Shown one piece after another: positions 45,463-59,654 of a DNA stretch of 64,000 bases (the stretch's first letter is position 1; each line of letters starts with the position of its first letter). A program made the translations under genes and the position numbers. Source of the stretch: the human T2T-CHM13v2.0 reference genome, Homo sapiens; assembly GCF_009914755.1 (NCBI RefSeq), contig NC_060947.1. One strand, written 5' to 3'. Below the pieces are notes generated by a model. It ran no database searches. It saw only the letters and a list, made by a program, of their open reading frames with translations, and was not told where the DNA came from.

Positions 45463-46289
45463 AATATTGCCTCTTTTAAGTATCGAAAAAGAGGAAAAAT
45501 ACATTAACCACTCCCCACCCAACTCCCCTCTATAGTGACATAAAACACAACAGATAATGTCAGAGTAGCAGAAAAAAATATAACCCGGGCCACCTCAATG
45601 GAAACTATCAAAGTATTTTTATAATCTATGTACTTATTTTTATATTTATTGTTACCTTTCAAGTCCAAGCCACAGTAATCTCTAGTTTGAAGTACTTCAG
45701 TAGTCTCTTAATTGGTCTTCCTGGTTTCTCTTTTACTACCCCAACTACTCTTATTACCAAACTGCAAACATACTGGTATTTTAAAAAATGCAAACCTCAT
45801 TTTATCAGTCCTTAACACACGTCAAGGCTTCCAATGGCACTTAGAAAAGACCCAAACATGTATATATGAAAATGTATGCACTCACACACATATTTTTACC
45901 ATAACCTACAGGGAAATAAGTAATTTTGTCTTTATCTGACTCTCCAACTCCATGCCAATGGGGTATACTTACTTCACTAAACCAAATAATGGGGTTTCAG
46001 AGGAGATTAATATGTGTTGCTTTGGGGGGATATCTTGAGGACAAAGGTGCTGGTAACTGATTCATGTCTGCGAAATCTAAAGGTGAAAGACTGGATCACG
46101 CATTTAAGTAGTAGAACAGAAAGACACTGCTATTTGGAAATAGTCTTCACCTTCAGAGATTGGCTTATGTATATAGGTGTATGCTTCCAATGTTTTCCAT
46201 GGACTGGATGTGAATCCCATATAAAAAAAAGTTCAATTTGTGTTGTCTTCAGGGAAATGCCTGTAGAAGCAAAGTAACCACAAATTTAA

Positions 46290-47500
46290 CAGTGATATGT
46301 ATTTTTCCTCCCTCTGACTGCTTTTAAAATAAAAAATTCAATTTAATGAGTTTTATTATGAGGAGCCTACCTGCATTTTTCTTTGCATTTATCCTACTTG
46401 GGGTGTGTAGTACATCTTGAATCTGTAGCTTGATATTACCTATCAGTTTTGAAAAATTCTCAGCCATTTCTCTGTAATTATTGTATCTGCCCGATTTTCT
46501 GATTTCTCTCCCCTTCCATGATGCCAACTACACATATATCAGAATTTTTCCCACGTCCCATATGTTTCTTGAACCTTTTTGTCTCAGTGCGTCAGTCTAG
46601 ACAGTTTCTCCTCAGTCCTCACCCATACTTCGGTCTGTTTTCTTTTTTTTTCCTTCATCTCTAATATGCTATTAAACTCATCCATCTATTCTTAGTTTCA
46701 ATAATTATATTTTCTGATTCTAGACTTCCTATTTGGTTGTTTTAGTTACCAGCCCTCTGCTGAATACTTCACCTTATCACTGAATTTCTTAAACTTGTTA
46801 ATCATTTTTAAAGGTTCATGTCTAAAAACTAAATAGCTAGATTCTACATGAGTTTGTTTATATCGTCTGCTTATTTTTCTTGGTTTTCAGTTAATTTTTG
46901 ACTTTTTCCATGCCTGATGGTTTTTTTATTTGCTGCCGATTATTGTATATGAAAAATAGTTGAGATTATTTGAAGCTCTGGATATTGTAATACTTCTGGG
47001 ATAATTTAATTTTGCTTCTGGCAAGCAGTTAGGCTAAGGACAGATTGTATTATTCCAATCAAGGATTTAACTGATTTAAAGTTGGCCTTTAGTTTTGGTG
47101 AGGGCTATTCTATTTCTCATTCACCCTTACCCTTAGAATATAACCCTTCCAGGTCCTAACTTAAAGCCTCAAGTGTTTACCAAGTCTTCTCCTTCTTGTC
47201 AAGTTTTAAACTCCAATTTTTCTCCTGTAGATCTGAGATCCTGAAAACAGCTCTCTTATGTTTTCGGTCTTCAGTCACTGCATTTGGCTATGTCTGCATA
47301 AATCCTTTAAGGGACTTAGAGGTGCCAAATTGGTCTCACCTTCTAGGTTTCCCTTCTCTGAGATATCATGTCTCTACAAATGCGAACTGTCTTGGTAGGT
47401 TGCTTTGCGCTCAAATAGATGTTATTTTATATGTTATCCAGATTTTCTAGGTTTCTCAGAAGTATAATTGGTCCAAACAAACTACTCCACGACTGCTGGA
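46290..47500 (-). mobile_element. Ancient L1 ORF1/5' region
   Basis: Minus frame MAENFSKLIGNIKLQIQD...TPSRIN resembles L1 ORF1p. Confidence 0.7.
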
Positions 47501-47959
47501 AGTGGTAGAGTGCTATAAATCTTTTACCTCTAATATTCCAGTTGATTTTATAATTAAAATTTGTCTTGGCACGAATTATAAATATCTGCATAACACATTT
47601 TAAAAACAATCTATTTAAATATTTATAGGTGCACAATCACTTTGGCGTATGAAATTCCTTTCAAAATTAATTCCCATAATTATCTATTGTAGATTAGTTC
47701 AACCTAGATATCCTCAGAAATCTGTGCTGTCGACACAAACATTAATTTATTTTTAGCTATGATACTATAAATAACAGTTCTTGTTTATAAATTATGGCCA
47801 CTGAAAGCAATACTTTTTCCTTTGATTTCTTCTGCTATTCTGAGAATCAATTGAAATTGCTTTAGTAGTGTATGCTTCCTTAAATTAAGATCTCTTGCTT
47901 GGCTATCATTATTTAAATACCTACTGTTATGGACTGACTGGTTGATTTATTGATAGATT

Positions 47960-48210
47960 TAGCCATTCAACAAATATTTTTTGAGCATCCACTTTGTATT
48001 AGTCACATTTCTGAGATAATGTGTGTACAGAAAAGAGTGAGATGGGCAGACAAAGGACTAAAATGCAATAATGTAATAGCCACAATTGAGAAATGTACAT
48101 AGCACAAAAGGAGCATAATTCTGCCTGGAGAAGTCAAGGAAGGAGTCACAGAGTAGTTAACCTTTTAACTGATCCGTGAAATATTTTTAGCAGTTTTCAA
48201 GTCTGATAAG
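47960..48210 (-). mobile_element. L2 3' end
   Basis: cattcaacaaatattttttgagcatcc. Confidence 0.55.
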
Positions 48211-48392
48211 TCCTATGGGATCATATAAAGTGGTTACCAAATCCGGCCTTGAGAAGTCTTGAAAAGATTATTAGTTTTCAGCAAATGGTGCCAGAATAAC
48301 TGGTCATGCACATAAAAGAAAATGAATCAAGACAAAGAGCTTACACCCTTCACAAAAATTACAAAATACTTCGCAAAAATTTAACTCAAAAT

Positions 48393-48759
48393 CCTCATGG
48401 AGATAGAGAGTAGAATGATAGTTACCAGAGGCTGGGAAGGGTAGTTGCCGGGAGGCAGTGGGGTGGAGAAGAGTGAGGATGGTTAATGGGTACAAAAAAA
48501 TAGAATAAATAATATCTAGTATTTGATAGCACAACAGGGCGACTATAGCCAATAATAATTTTATTGTACATTTTACAATAACTAAAAAAGTATAATTCAG
48601 TTGTTTGCAACACAAAGGATAAATTACTGAAGTGATGAATACCCCATTTACCCTGATGGGATTATTATGCATTGTATGCCTGTATCAAAATATCTCATGT
48701 ACCCCATAAATATTTACACCTACTGTGTACCCATAAAAATTAAAACTTAAAAACAAATG
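48393..48759 (+). mobile_element. L1MA2-like 3' end nested in L1MC
   Basis: ctcatggagatagagagtagaatgatagttaccagaggctgggaagg; TSD aactcaaaat at 48383 and 48760. Confidence 0.88.
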
Positions 48760-49365
48760 AACTCAAAATGGATCACAGACCTAAATGTAAATCACAAAGT
48801 ACAAAACTCCTAGAAAATAACATAGGAGAAAATCTACATGATCTTGGGTTTTGAGATGACATTTTAGATATGGCACCCATTACAATCAATAAAAAAAGAA
48901 CTGACAGCTGGATTTTATTCAATTTTCAAAAATTCTTTTCTGCAAATGACCCTGTCAAGGGACAAAATGCAGACTGAGAGAAAATATTTGCAAAAGAGAT
49001 ATCTGACAAAGTATTGTTATCCAAAATATACAAAATACTCTTAAAACAATGATAAAACAAACAGCTCAATTAAGCAATGAGCCAAAGGCCTTAACAGACA
49101 TCTCACCAAAGTAGATAAAGTAGATGCACACATGACAAAAAAGTATATGAAGCCGTGGTCCACATCATATGTCATAAGTGAAATGCAAATTGAAACAATA
49201 ATGAGATACCTGACATACCTATTAAAATGGCCAAAATCCGTAACACTGACAACACTGACTACTGGTGAACATGTGGAAAAACAGGACCTTTCATACATTT
49301 CTGGTGGGAATGCAAAATAATATAGCCACTTTGGAAGATAGTTGGGAGTTTCTTACAAAACTAAT

Positions 49366-49493
49366 CATACTCTTACCAGATGATACAGCAGTGACGCTCT
49401 TAAATATCTACCTAAAGAAGTTGAGAATGTGTCCACAACTGCTTTGGGTAGATATTTAGGAGCGTCACTGCTGTATCATCTGGTAAGAGTATG
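49366..49493. repeat. Inverted repeat, 58-bp arms, 12-nt loop
   Basis: 49366-49423 is the reverse complement of 49436-49493 with 3 differences. Confidence 0.97.
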
Positions 49494-49739
49494 TCCAAAT
49501 CCATAGAAGGTACAACACCAAGAAATAACCCTAAAATAAACTATGGTCTTTGAAAATAATGTGTGTCAAAATACATCCATCAATTGTAACAAATGTGTCC
49601 CTCTGGTGGGGCATGTTGATAATGGGGGAGTCTGTACATGTGAGGAAAATGGGGGTATATGGGAAAATGAGAACTTTCCATATTTTCTGCTCTATTTTTC
49701 TGTGACCCTAAAACTGTTCTAAAAAATAAAGATTATTAG

Positions 49740-50115
49740 AGACTTAGCATGTGAAAAGAGCCCAAAGCTAATGAGAAAATACAATGACACTGAGGAATTC
49801 TGATTATTTCAGCATTACTGGCTCTTGAGGATAAGACAGTGACAGCAGTGAGCAAAAAGAGGAGGAGAAATGAGGCTAGAGAGAAAAACATAAGTGTGAT
49901 GAAACTTAAAGGGCATTGTAACAAGCTTGGCATTCATTTTGAAAGAAATGGATTGTCATTAAAAGATTTTCAACAGAGGAGTATAATTCTGGTTGCATCA
50001 CAGAGAATGGTTTGGATAGATGGAAGACTGGAGGCAGGGAAGCCAGAGAGGAGACTGTTGCAATGATCTAGCTGACACAGGTTTTGAGCATGGAATAAGG
50101 AATGGAGAGGGGAGA
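49740..50115 (-). mobile_element. L2 fragment
   Basis: ggaagactggaggcagggaagccagagaggagactgttgcaatgatctag. Confidence 0.55.
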
Positions 50116-50522
50116 TGATGAGATCACTGCTATCTTTGTTCTATATAACCTCCACTTCTACCCATAGTTCTTTTTCTTTTTCCATACATAACCAGAATTT
50201 GAGGCTACCCTCTTTCCAACAAAAACAGTATTTAACTGGCAACCATATTTCTCTATTGTTCTCTCAAATTCATTCCTATCAGGACACCATTTCTTTTCAA
50301 ATTTCCTAGATTTCACTGAAAGTTTCTTATTTAAATTTCACCAAATTTTAAATTGATCATGACTTTAAATATGTTAACTCACATTTCAACAGTACAGATT
50401 TTATAAAGTGTTGTACAAAATGGATGCCTCATAAATATTTTCAAACTATGATGAGGCTTAATTTTATTAATCTATTTTAAGTTCTGCAGTATGAGCACAA
50501 TTAGAGTTTTGTTCTCTCTCAG

Positions 50523-52759
50523 CCACACATATATTTCACATGAAAGACATTTCAAAGTTATTTGATAATATGAACCAGAGGAATAAGTGAATTTAATGAA
50601 AAAATGTGAAACACTGTACTGCCCTTAGAAGGGAAGAAATACATGACCGAGAAAAGCTCACATTTCTTAAAAATGTCATTTGTCAACTCATTAATTATAT
50701 TAATAGCTTGCATTTGTAAGGTACTTTAAAATTCTTTCACATTTATTATTCAATTTTAATTACAATAAAAATAATTGTAAAAATTTTAGTTTGTAACAGG
50801 CTGCATGGATCTTAATGTGGAACTAACACTCATTATCTCCAGGATCCTGTAATGTGTGCAGGGATTAGGAAGACATTAGCTGAATACCTACTGTGTGTTC
50901 ATGATTATTCTCAAGATTATTCTCAATGCACTGACAAATAGTAATGGTTTGCATAAAGTCCCTCCCTTGATTGTCTAACAATTCCATCTTTCCCACTGGC
51001 CAGGGACAAATTGTTAAATAAAATGTATCATTTACTATTAGCAAGAAAATAGCCTGAGTATATAGAGACACACTTTTTATTAAGTCTGGGATTCTGAGTC
51101 ACAAAGAAGTCGAGATTTGCATTATAGATTTTCATTTCTAAGCAATTCCTAGGGGGAAAGACTCTCTCAAAATTTAAAGGAATTGCTTTAATGTTAATGT
51201 ATAAAATTGACAAGACAAGATTTTCCTACGTTACAGTGTACATGACAATGTTTTTTATTTCTAAAATAGTTACTTATTGTTATACTGAGTGGAAATGTTA
51301 AGTCTCATATGACAGACAAATCTTAGTTTGTTCAGGAACTGATTAATCAGGTAGGATTTTCTTTTGAACTTTCAATTCCTTGATTTTGTCCATATTCCTA
51401 TTTCTTATTATTTCTACAAGTAGATGGCTAACAACGCAGAGAAAAGTTGTAAGAAGTCAATTGTATTGAATGCCTTCCTAAATTTTTCCTTCGATTTTTT
51501 CTTTAAACTAAGTATATTTCACTGAGAGGTGAAAAGATTTGTGAACATCTGGGTCCTAGTCTGCTGCCACCTGTGACGATCTGCATTAATCTTTAGATCC
51601 TTTCCCTGTTCCCTAAAAAACACAGGCAAAGTTAATCAGTGACAAAGTTAATTAGAATTTAGTTCTCCTAAAATGTCTCATCATCAACAGCAATTCTATG
51701 TACCACTGGAAGATGCACTTAAGAGAGAGTGTCTGCAGTGATGCTTATCAAAGTAATTGAAAAAGGAGGGTGGGGGTGTTTCAGAATTAATCACTAAAAA
51801 AGTGCAAAAAGCATCTCAAGTTTGTAGTGTGTTACGAATTGAATTGTGTCCCACAAAAAGATATGTTAAAGTTCTCGCCCCTGGTACCTGTAAATGTTAA
51901 CTTATTTGGAAATAGTCTTTGCAGATAGAGGTCATTACAGGGGGCCTTCATCCAGTATGACTGATGTATTTATAAGAAGAGAAGAGACACCGACAGAGAC
52001 ACACCATGAGGCCATTATGTGATGACAGAAGCAGAAATTGAAATGCCTGCAGCTGAAAGCCAAGGAATACTAAGGATTGCCAGCCACTACCAGAAATCAG
52101 AAAGAGGCAAGGAAGCATTTTCTGCCCAGAATCTCAGGGGGAGTATGGCCCTGTTGACACCTTGATTTCAGACTTTCAGCCTCCAGAACAGTGACAAGAT
52201 AGATTTCTGTTGTTTCTAGTCACTCAGTTTGTGGCACTTTGTTACAGCAGCCCTAGCAAACTAATACAGAATGTAAACAATACTTTTTTCAAGAGAATGA
52301 AAAACATGCAGGCATGTAATACAAGTCAGTAACTCCATGCTTCTAAGACACAGACTCGTTCAGATGGAAGAATGGTTGCTATTTTTTAATTAGCTGCCAG
52401 GAGACGGCTGCTCCTTAAATTTTTCTGACTCACTTGTTTTTAAAAGTAAACTTCATTTTGACATATTTGTAGTTCCACCCGCAATTGAACTATTTGGATA
52501 TTGCTATATTTCTCTGAACTTCAGAAAGAGAGAGATCAACGGGTTAAGCAGAAAGGTATGCTTGATCCCATTATACGAGATTCTAGAATACAAGATAATG
52601 ATTAAAGAGTGTTGAATGTTCTCACAAATAGAATTATGTCGATGATAATATGAATAATGTAAAGAAGAAAAAGAGGAAAGTACCCAAAGCAACCAGTGAA
52701 ACTGAAAATTAAGCTTTTTGTTGAACCTAGAATTATAAAGTTTTATGATTGTGTCCAAG
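50523..52759 (+). pseudogene. Second candidate cluster of small exons, gene unidentified
   Basis: GT-AG bounded segments 50523-50586 (or -50720), 50843-50940, 51421-51448, 52525-52555, 52632-52759; several join without stops. Confidence 0.3.
51830..52268 (+). mobile_element. MLT1C-like MaLR LTR
   Basis: tgttacgaattgaattgtgtccc...ttgttacagcagccctagcaaactaataca. Confidence 0.9.
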
Positions 52760-53213
52760 GTAAGTATGAGAAGAATGTGTAGGCGGGTAATGGTCAAAGT
52801 GAATTAAACTCTTAAAGAGATGGTAGAATTTTCATAAGTGACAAGAAAAAGCAGAAAATCTCATTCTTAAGTTGCGTTTTTTCAACATATGTCATAATTG
52901 CAGAGCATTAAAAATATTATTTAAAATAACTGAAAAAAAAACATGGGTGTATAAGGTGGCAAAGAGGATTGACCTGCCCTGAAGAAATCTGTCAATGGAA
53001 TCACCAAACTTTACTATTCATGTATGAGGAATCATAGGGAACTATATGGATGTTGCCAAATTTTAGAGAATAATTGAAGAAGGTGGTGATATCTAACCTA
53101 GGAAATAGAAGGTGACAAAATAGTTTTCAAAATCACTGCCTTGGAATTTGGAGTGACGTCAGAAACATGGCATAAAAGGAAACTCCATGCACTTGTTCCC
53201 CCACAGGAAGGTA

Positions 53214-53287
53214 TGTAGGTAGATAGATAGACAGACAGACAGATAGACGGACAGACAGACAGATAGGCAGATAGATGATAGATAGAT

Positions 53288-53320
<33 letters not shown>

Positions 53321-53410
53321 TAGATAGACAGACAGGCAGATAGGCAGATAGACAGACAGACAGACAGATAGATAGACAGACAGATACATAGACAGATACA
53401 TAGATAGACA
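53214..53410. repeat. Compound (GATA)/(GACA) tetranucleotide repeat
   Basis: About 200 bp of interleaved gata, gaca and ggca units. Confidence 0.95.
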
Positions 53411-54246
53411 AATATTGGCTAAAATAATTTTTTTCGGAGCTCCGAAAATAGTCAAAGGTCTATAGTGGTCAAATGAATGCCTAATCAAGAAAAAGCCACA
53501 TTCAAAACATTAGGAAATGTGATGTTTTTACTCACTTTTGCCTCACCCATTTCCCAACGTGGCATAATGCAGCAGTGAAAAAGCAACAACCCAGTTCCCA
53601 ATTCCTTCCCTCAAAATAGAGGGAGCAGAGCAGACATTTTTTCATTGTTCTAACTTGTCTGGGGGTGGCCTGAAAGACTGATTGCAGGACACAAAATCAA
53701 TGCGCAAAAATCAGATCTCTTTCTGTACATCGATAATTGACATTCTACAAAGGAAATCAAGCAAACAATCCCAGTTATAAGAGCATCAAAAACATAAAAT
53801 GCTTTGGAGTAAACAACCTAAGAGGTAAGACTTGTACACTGAAAACTATAAAATTCTGCTGAAGGAAAAAGAAAAATAAATAGAGAGATCTCTCATGTTT
53901 ATGGATTAGAATACAATTTCTATTGTTATGATGTCAATACTACCCAAAGTGATCAACAGCTTCAGTACAATTCCTATCAAATTCAAATTTCTGATGACAT
54001 TTTTTGCAGAAATAGAAAAATCCATGCTAAAATTCATATGGACTCTCAAGGGATGCTGAGTATTCAAGACAATCTTGAAAAAGGAGAACAAAGTTGAAGG
54101 TGTCAGATTTTCTGATTTCAAAACTTAATACAAAGCCACATAGTAATCAAAAGTGTGATACTGGCATCAAGACGGACACATAGGCTAATGGAATAAGGTA
54201 GATATTTCATAAATAAACCCTGCATATATGGTCAAAAGATTTTCTT

Positions 54247-54330
54247 CAAGGTGCAAAACATCTTTTTTGCACCTTGCAACACCTTGCAAAAAAGGTGTTT
54301 TGCACCTTTGGGAAAAGTGTTTTTCACCTT
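54247..54330. repeat. Nested inverted repeats
   Basis: 54248-54271 pairs with 54285-54308 (24 bp, 1 difference); 54247-54258 pairs with 54265-54276 (12 bp perfect). Confidence 0.9.
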
Positions 54331-54882
54331 TAAGAATGGGGAAAGGAGGATCTTTTCAACAAATGATGCTGGGAAAACCATATCCACATGCATGAAGATG
54401 AATTTGGACTTTTACTTTATATCATATACAAAATTAATTCAAATAAAGACCTCAATGTATGAGCTGAAAATGTAAAAGCCTTAGAAGAAAACATATGCAA
54501 AAAGCTCCATGACATCGAATACAGCAACAATTTCTTAGTTATAGCCCCCAAAAGCACAGGCAACAAAAGGAAAATAGATAAATTGGATTTCATCAAATTT
54601 AAAACTTTTGTCATCAAAGGAAACTATTAACAGAGTGAAAAGGCAACTCACAGAATAGGAGAACATATTTTCAAATCAGGTCTCTAACAAGAGATAAATA
54701 TCCAGAGTATACCAAGAACTCCTACAACTCAACACAAAAAAACAATCAATGCAATTTAAAAAATAGACCAAGAACTCAAATAGATATTCCCCCAAAGAAG
54801 ATATACAATGGCCAGTAAACACATTAAAAGATAGTGGGTATCATTTATCATTAGGGAAAGGCAAATAAAAAACACAATGAGT

Positions 54883-54960
54883 GGCCAGGTGCAGTGGCCT
54901 ATGCCTGTAATCCCAGCACTTTGGGAGGCCGAGGCGGGTGGATCACCTGTGGTCAGGAGT
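54883..54960 (+). mobile_element. Alu left-arm stub (78 nt)
   Basis: ggccaggtgcagtgg...ggtcaggagt then back into L1 at gtggcagttcctc. Confidence 0.9.
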
Positions 54961-55853
54961 GTGGCAGTTCCTCAAAATATTAACCATAGAATTACCATAT
55001 GATCTGGCAATTCTATTTTTGTGTATATACCCAAAAGAATTGAAAGAAAGGATTTGAAGAGATATTTGTACACCAATGTTCATAGCATCATCATACACAA
55101 TAGCCAAAAAGTGGAAAGAACACACATGTTGATTGACAGATGACTGAATAAGCAAAATGCAGTACATATGTACAAAAGAATATTATTCAGCCTTAAAAAG
55201 GAATGAAATTCCAGCACATGCAAAAACCTGGGTGAACCTTGAAGACATTATGTTTAGTGAAATAAGCCAGACGCAAAAGGGCAAATATTATGTGATTCCA
55301 CGTACATGAGCTATTCACAGCAGTCAAATTTATACAGGCAGAAAGTAGAATGGTGATTGCTAGGGATTAGGGGGAGATGGCAATGGGAAGAGTTTCAAAA
55401 ATTTGGAAAGATGAAACTTTTCTGGATACAGATGATGGTGGTGGTTGCACAGCAATGTGAATGTAGTTATTGCCACTGAACTATATACTTATCAATGTTT
55501 AAAATGGTAAATGTTATGTATGTTTCACTACAATGCAAAAAATTCAGTGGAGACTGAGGGTAGAGAAAAGATTGACCGAAAGGTGCCATTAGGAAAGTTT
55601 TAGTAGTGATAAAAATGTTCTACATGTTTACTGCAGTGGTAGTTGAGGGTGTATGCTTTTATGTATTCATTGAGTACATTTTATCTGGTTTAATTTTATT
55701 GTATGCAAATTATACCTGAGTAAAGTTGATTCAAAAAATTCCTAAAAATATCACTTGCCTTTAAATTTAAAAAAAGGATTAGACTGAATCAGGATAGGAG
55801 TTGAGAACAGAAGTGGACAGAGGCTACAGAGAGGCATATGTCTTCTCTATATA

Positions 55854-56847
55854 CAGGATGCATTGCTTAATAATGGAGCATTGTTAGGAGATATCATCAT
55901 TGTGGGAACATCACAGAGTGCACTCAACACAATCTTAGATAGTATAGCCTGTCGCTTCTAGACTACAAACATGTACAGTATGTTACTGTACTGAATATTG
56001 CAGGCCATTGTAACACAATGGTATTTGTGCATCTAAACATAACTAAACATAGAGAAGGTACATTAAAAATATGTTATGAAAGATAAAAAATGGTACACTT
56101 GTATAAGGCACTTACTGTGAATGGTGCTATCAGGATTGGAAGTTGTTCTGGGTGAGTCAGTGAGTGAGTGGTGAGTGAATGTGAAGGCCTTGGACATTAC
56201 TGTACTCTACTGTAGAATTTATCAACACTAGACACTTAGGTTACACTAAATTAATAACAAAACTTTTCTTTCTTCAATACTAAATTGCCCTTAGCCTACT
56301 GTAACTTTTATACTTGATAAACTTTTAATTTTTTTTTTTACTTTTTGACTGTCTTGTAAAAACTCTTACCTTAAAACACAATCATATTTTACAGCTGTAC
56401 AAAAATATTTTTTTTATATCCTTATTCTACACAATTTTTAATTTTTTAAAACTTTTTAAACATTTTGCTAAAAACTAAGACACACACACACATTAGCCTA
56501 GGCCTATATGGGATCAGGATAATCAATGTCACTCTCTTCCACCTCCACATCTTGTCACACTGGAAGGTCTTCAGGGGCAATAACACACACGGAGCTGTCA
56601 GGTCCTGTAACAATGACTTTTTCTGGAATAACTCCTGAAAGTCTGTACCTGAGGCTGTTTTACAGTTAATTTTTTTAATAAGTAGAAAGAGTACACTCTA
56701 AAATGATAAGAAGTACAGCATAGTAAATACCTAAACCAGTAGTATAATCATTTATTTTCCTCATCAAGTATTATGTGCTATACGTAATTGTATGTGCTAT
56801 ACTTTTATATGACTGGAAGCACAGTAGGTTTGTTAATACAATCATCT
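55854..56847 (+). mobile_element. Tigger3-family DNA transposon (non-autonomous)
   Basis: TA|cag terminus; catgtacagtatgttactgtactgaata and gggtgagtcagtgagtgagtggtgagtgaatgtgaaggcc; right end truncated. Confidence 0.85.
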
Positions 56848-57090
56848 AACAATGTAATTGAGTTCTTGCTACAAACCAAGCATTGTTCTAAACCATTTTA
56901 TATATTATCTAAACTAATACTCACAAAATAGCTCTAATGTTAGGTACTATTATTGCCCTCATTTTTAAGATGAGGAAACCAAAGCTTAGTTTCAACAGTT
57001 TCCCTAATGCCTTATATAGATAAGTAGTGGATTCTAATGTATATATTCCATTTTGAGAGCAAAAGTTATTAATCAGTATACTACAGTGCT
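56848..57090 (-). mobile_element. MIR SINE
   Basis: taggtactattattgccctcatttttaagatgaggaaacc core. Confidence 0.7.
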
Positions 57091-57254
57091 AAATAGAGAT
57101 TTTCGTAAATATAACTGCCATGCCAACGAATTGCCTCCAATTCCTGGAAGTATCTGGGCAGCTATTGAGGAGCTATCAGTCAAAGAAATTATAGAGCAGG
57201 CATCAGCAAACTAAGGCCAGCTATGAAATCAGGTCCCGCCAGTTTTTGTTGTTG

Positions 57255-59650
<2,396 letters not shown>

Positions 59651-59654
59651 TTAA

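Larger units (their letters stand above)
48265..49735 (+). mobile_element. L1MC1/2-like 3' region
   Basis: End of ORF2 (MQIETIMRY) and 3' UTR ccatagaaggtacaacaccaag...ctaaaactgttctaaaaaataaa. Confidence 0.85.
53145..55545 (+). mobile_element. L1MB-like LINE: 5' UTR fused directly to late ORF2 and 3' UTR
   Basis: gtgacgtcagaaacatggc 5' motif; jump at about 53681 to ttgcaggacacaaaatcaa; 3' end tttcactacaatgcaaaaaa. Confidence 0.8.

Noticed and set aside
52659-52682. KKKKRKV, similar to the SV40 NLS, as a viral or vector trace
   Set aside because: Low-complexity purine run with no other viral or vector sequence nearby
53133-53488. ORFs of 92 and 109 aa
   Set aside because: Translations of the GATA/GACA microsatellite
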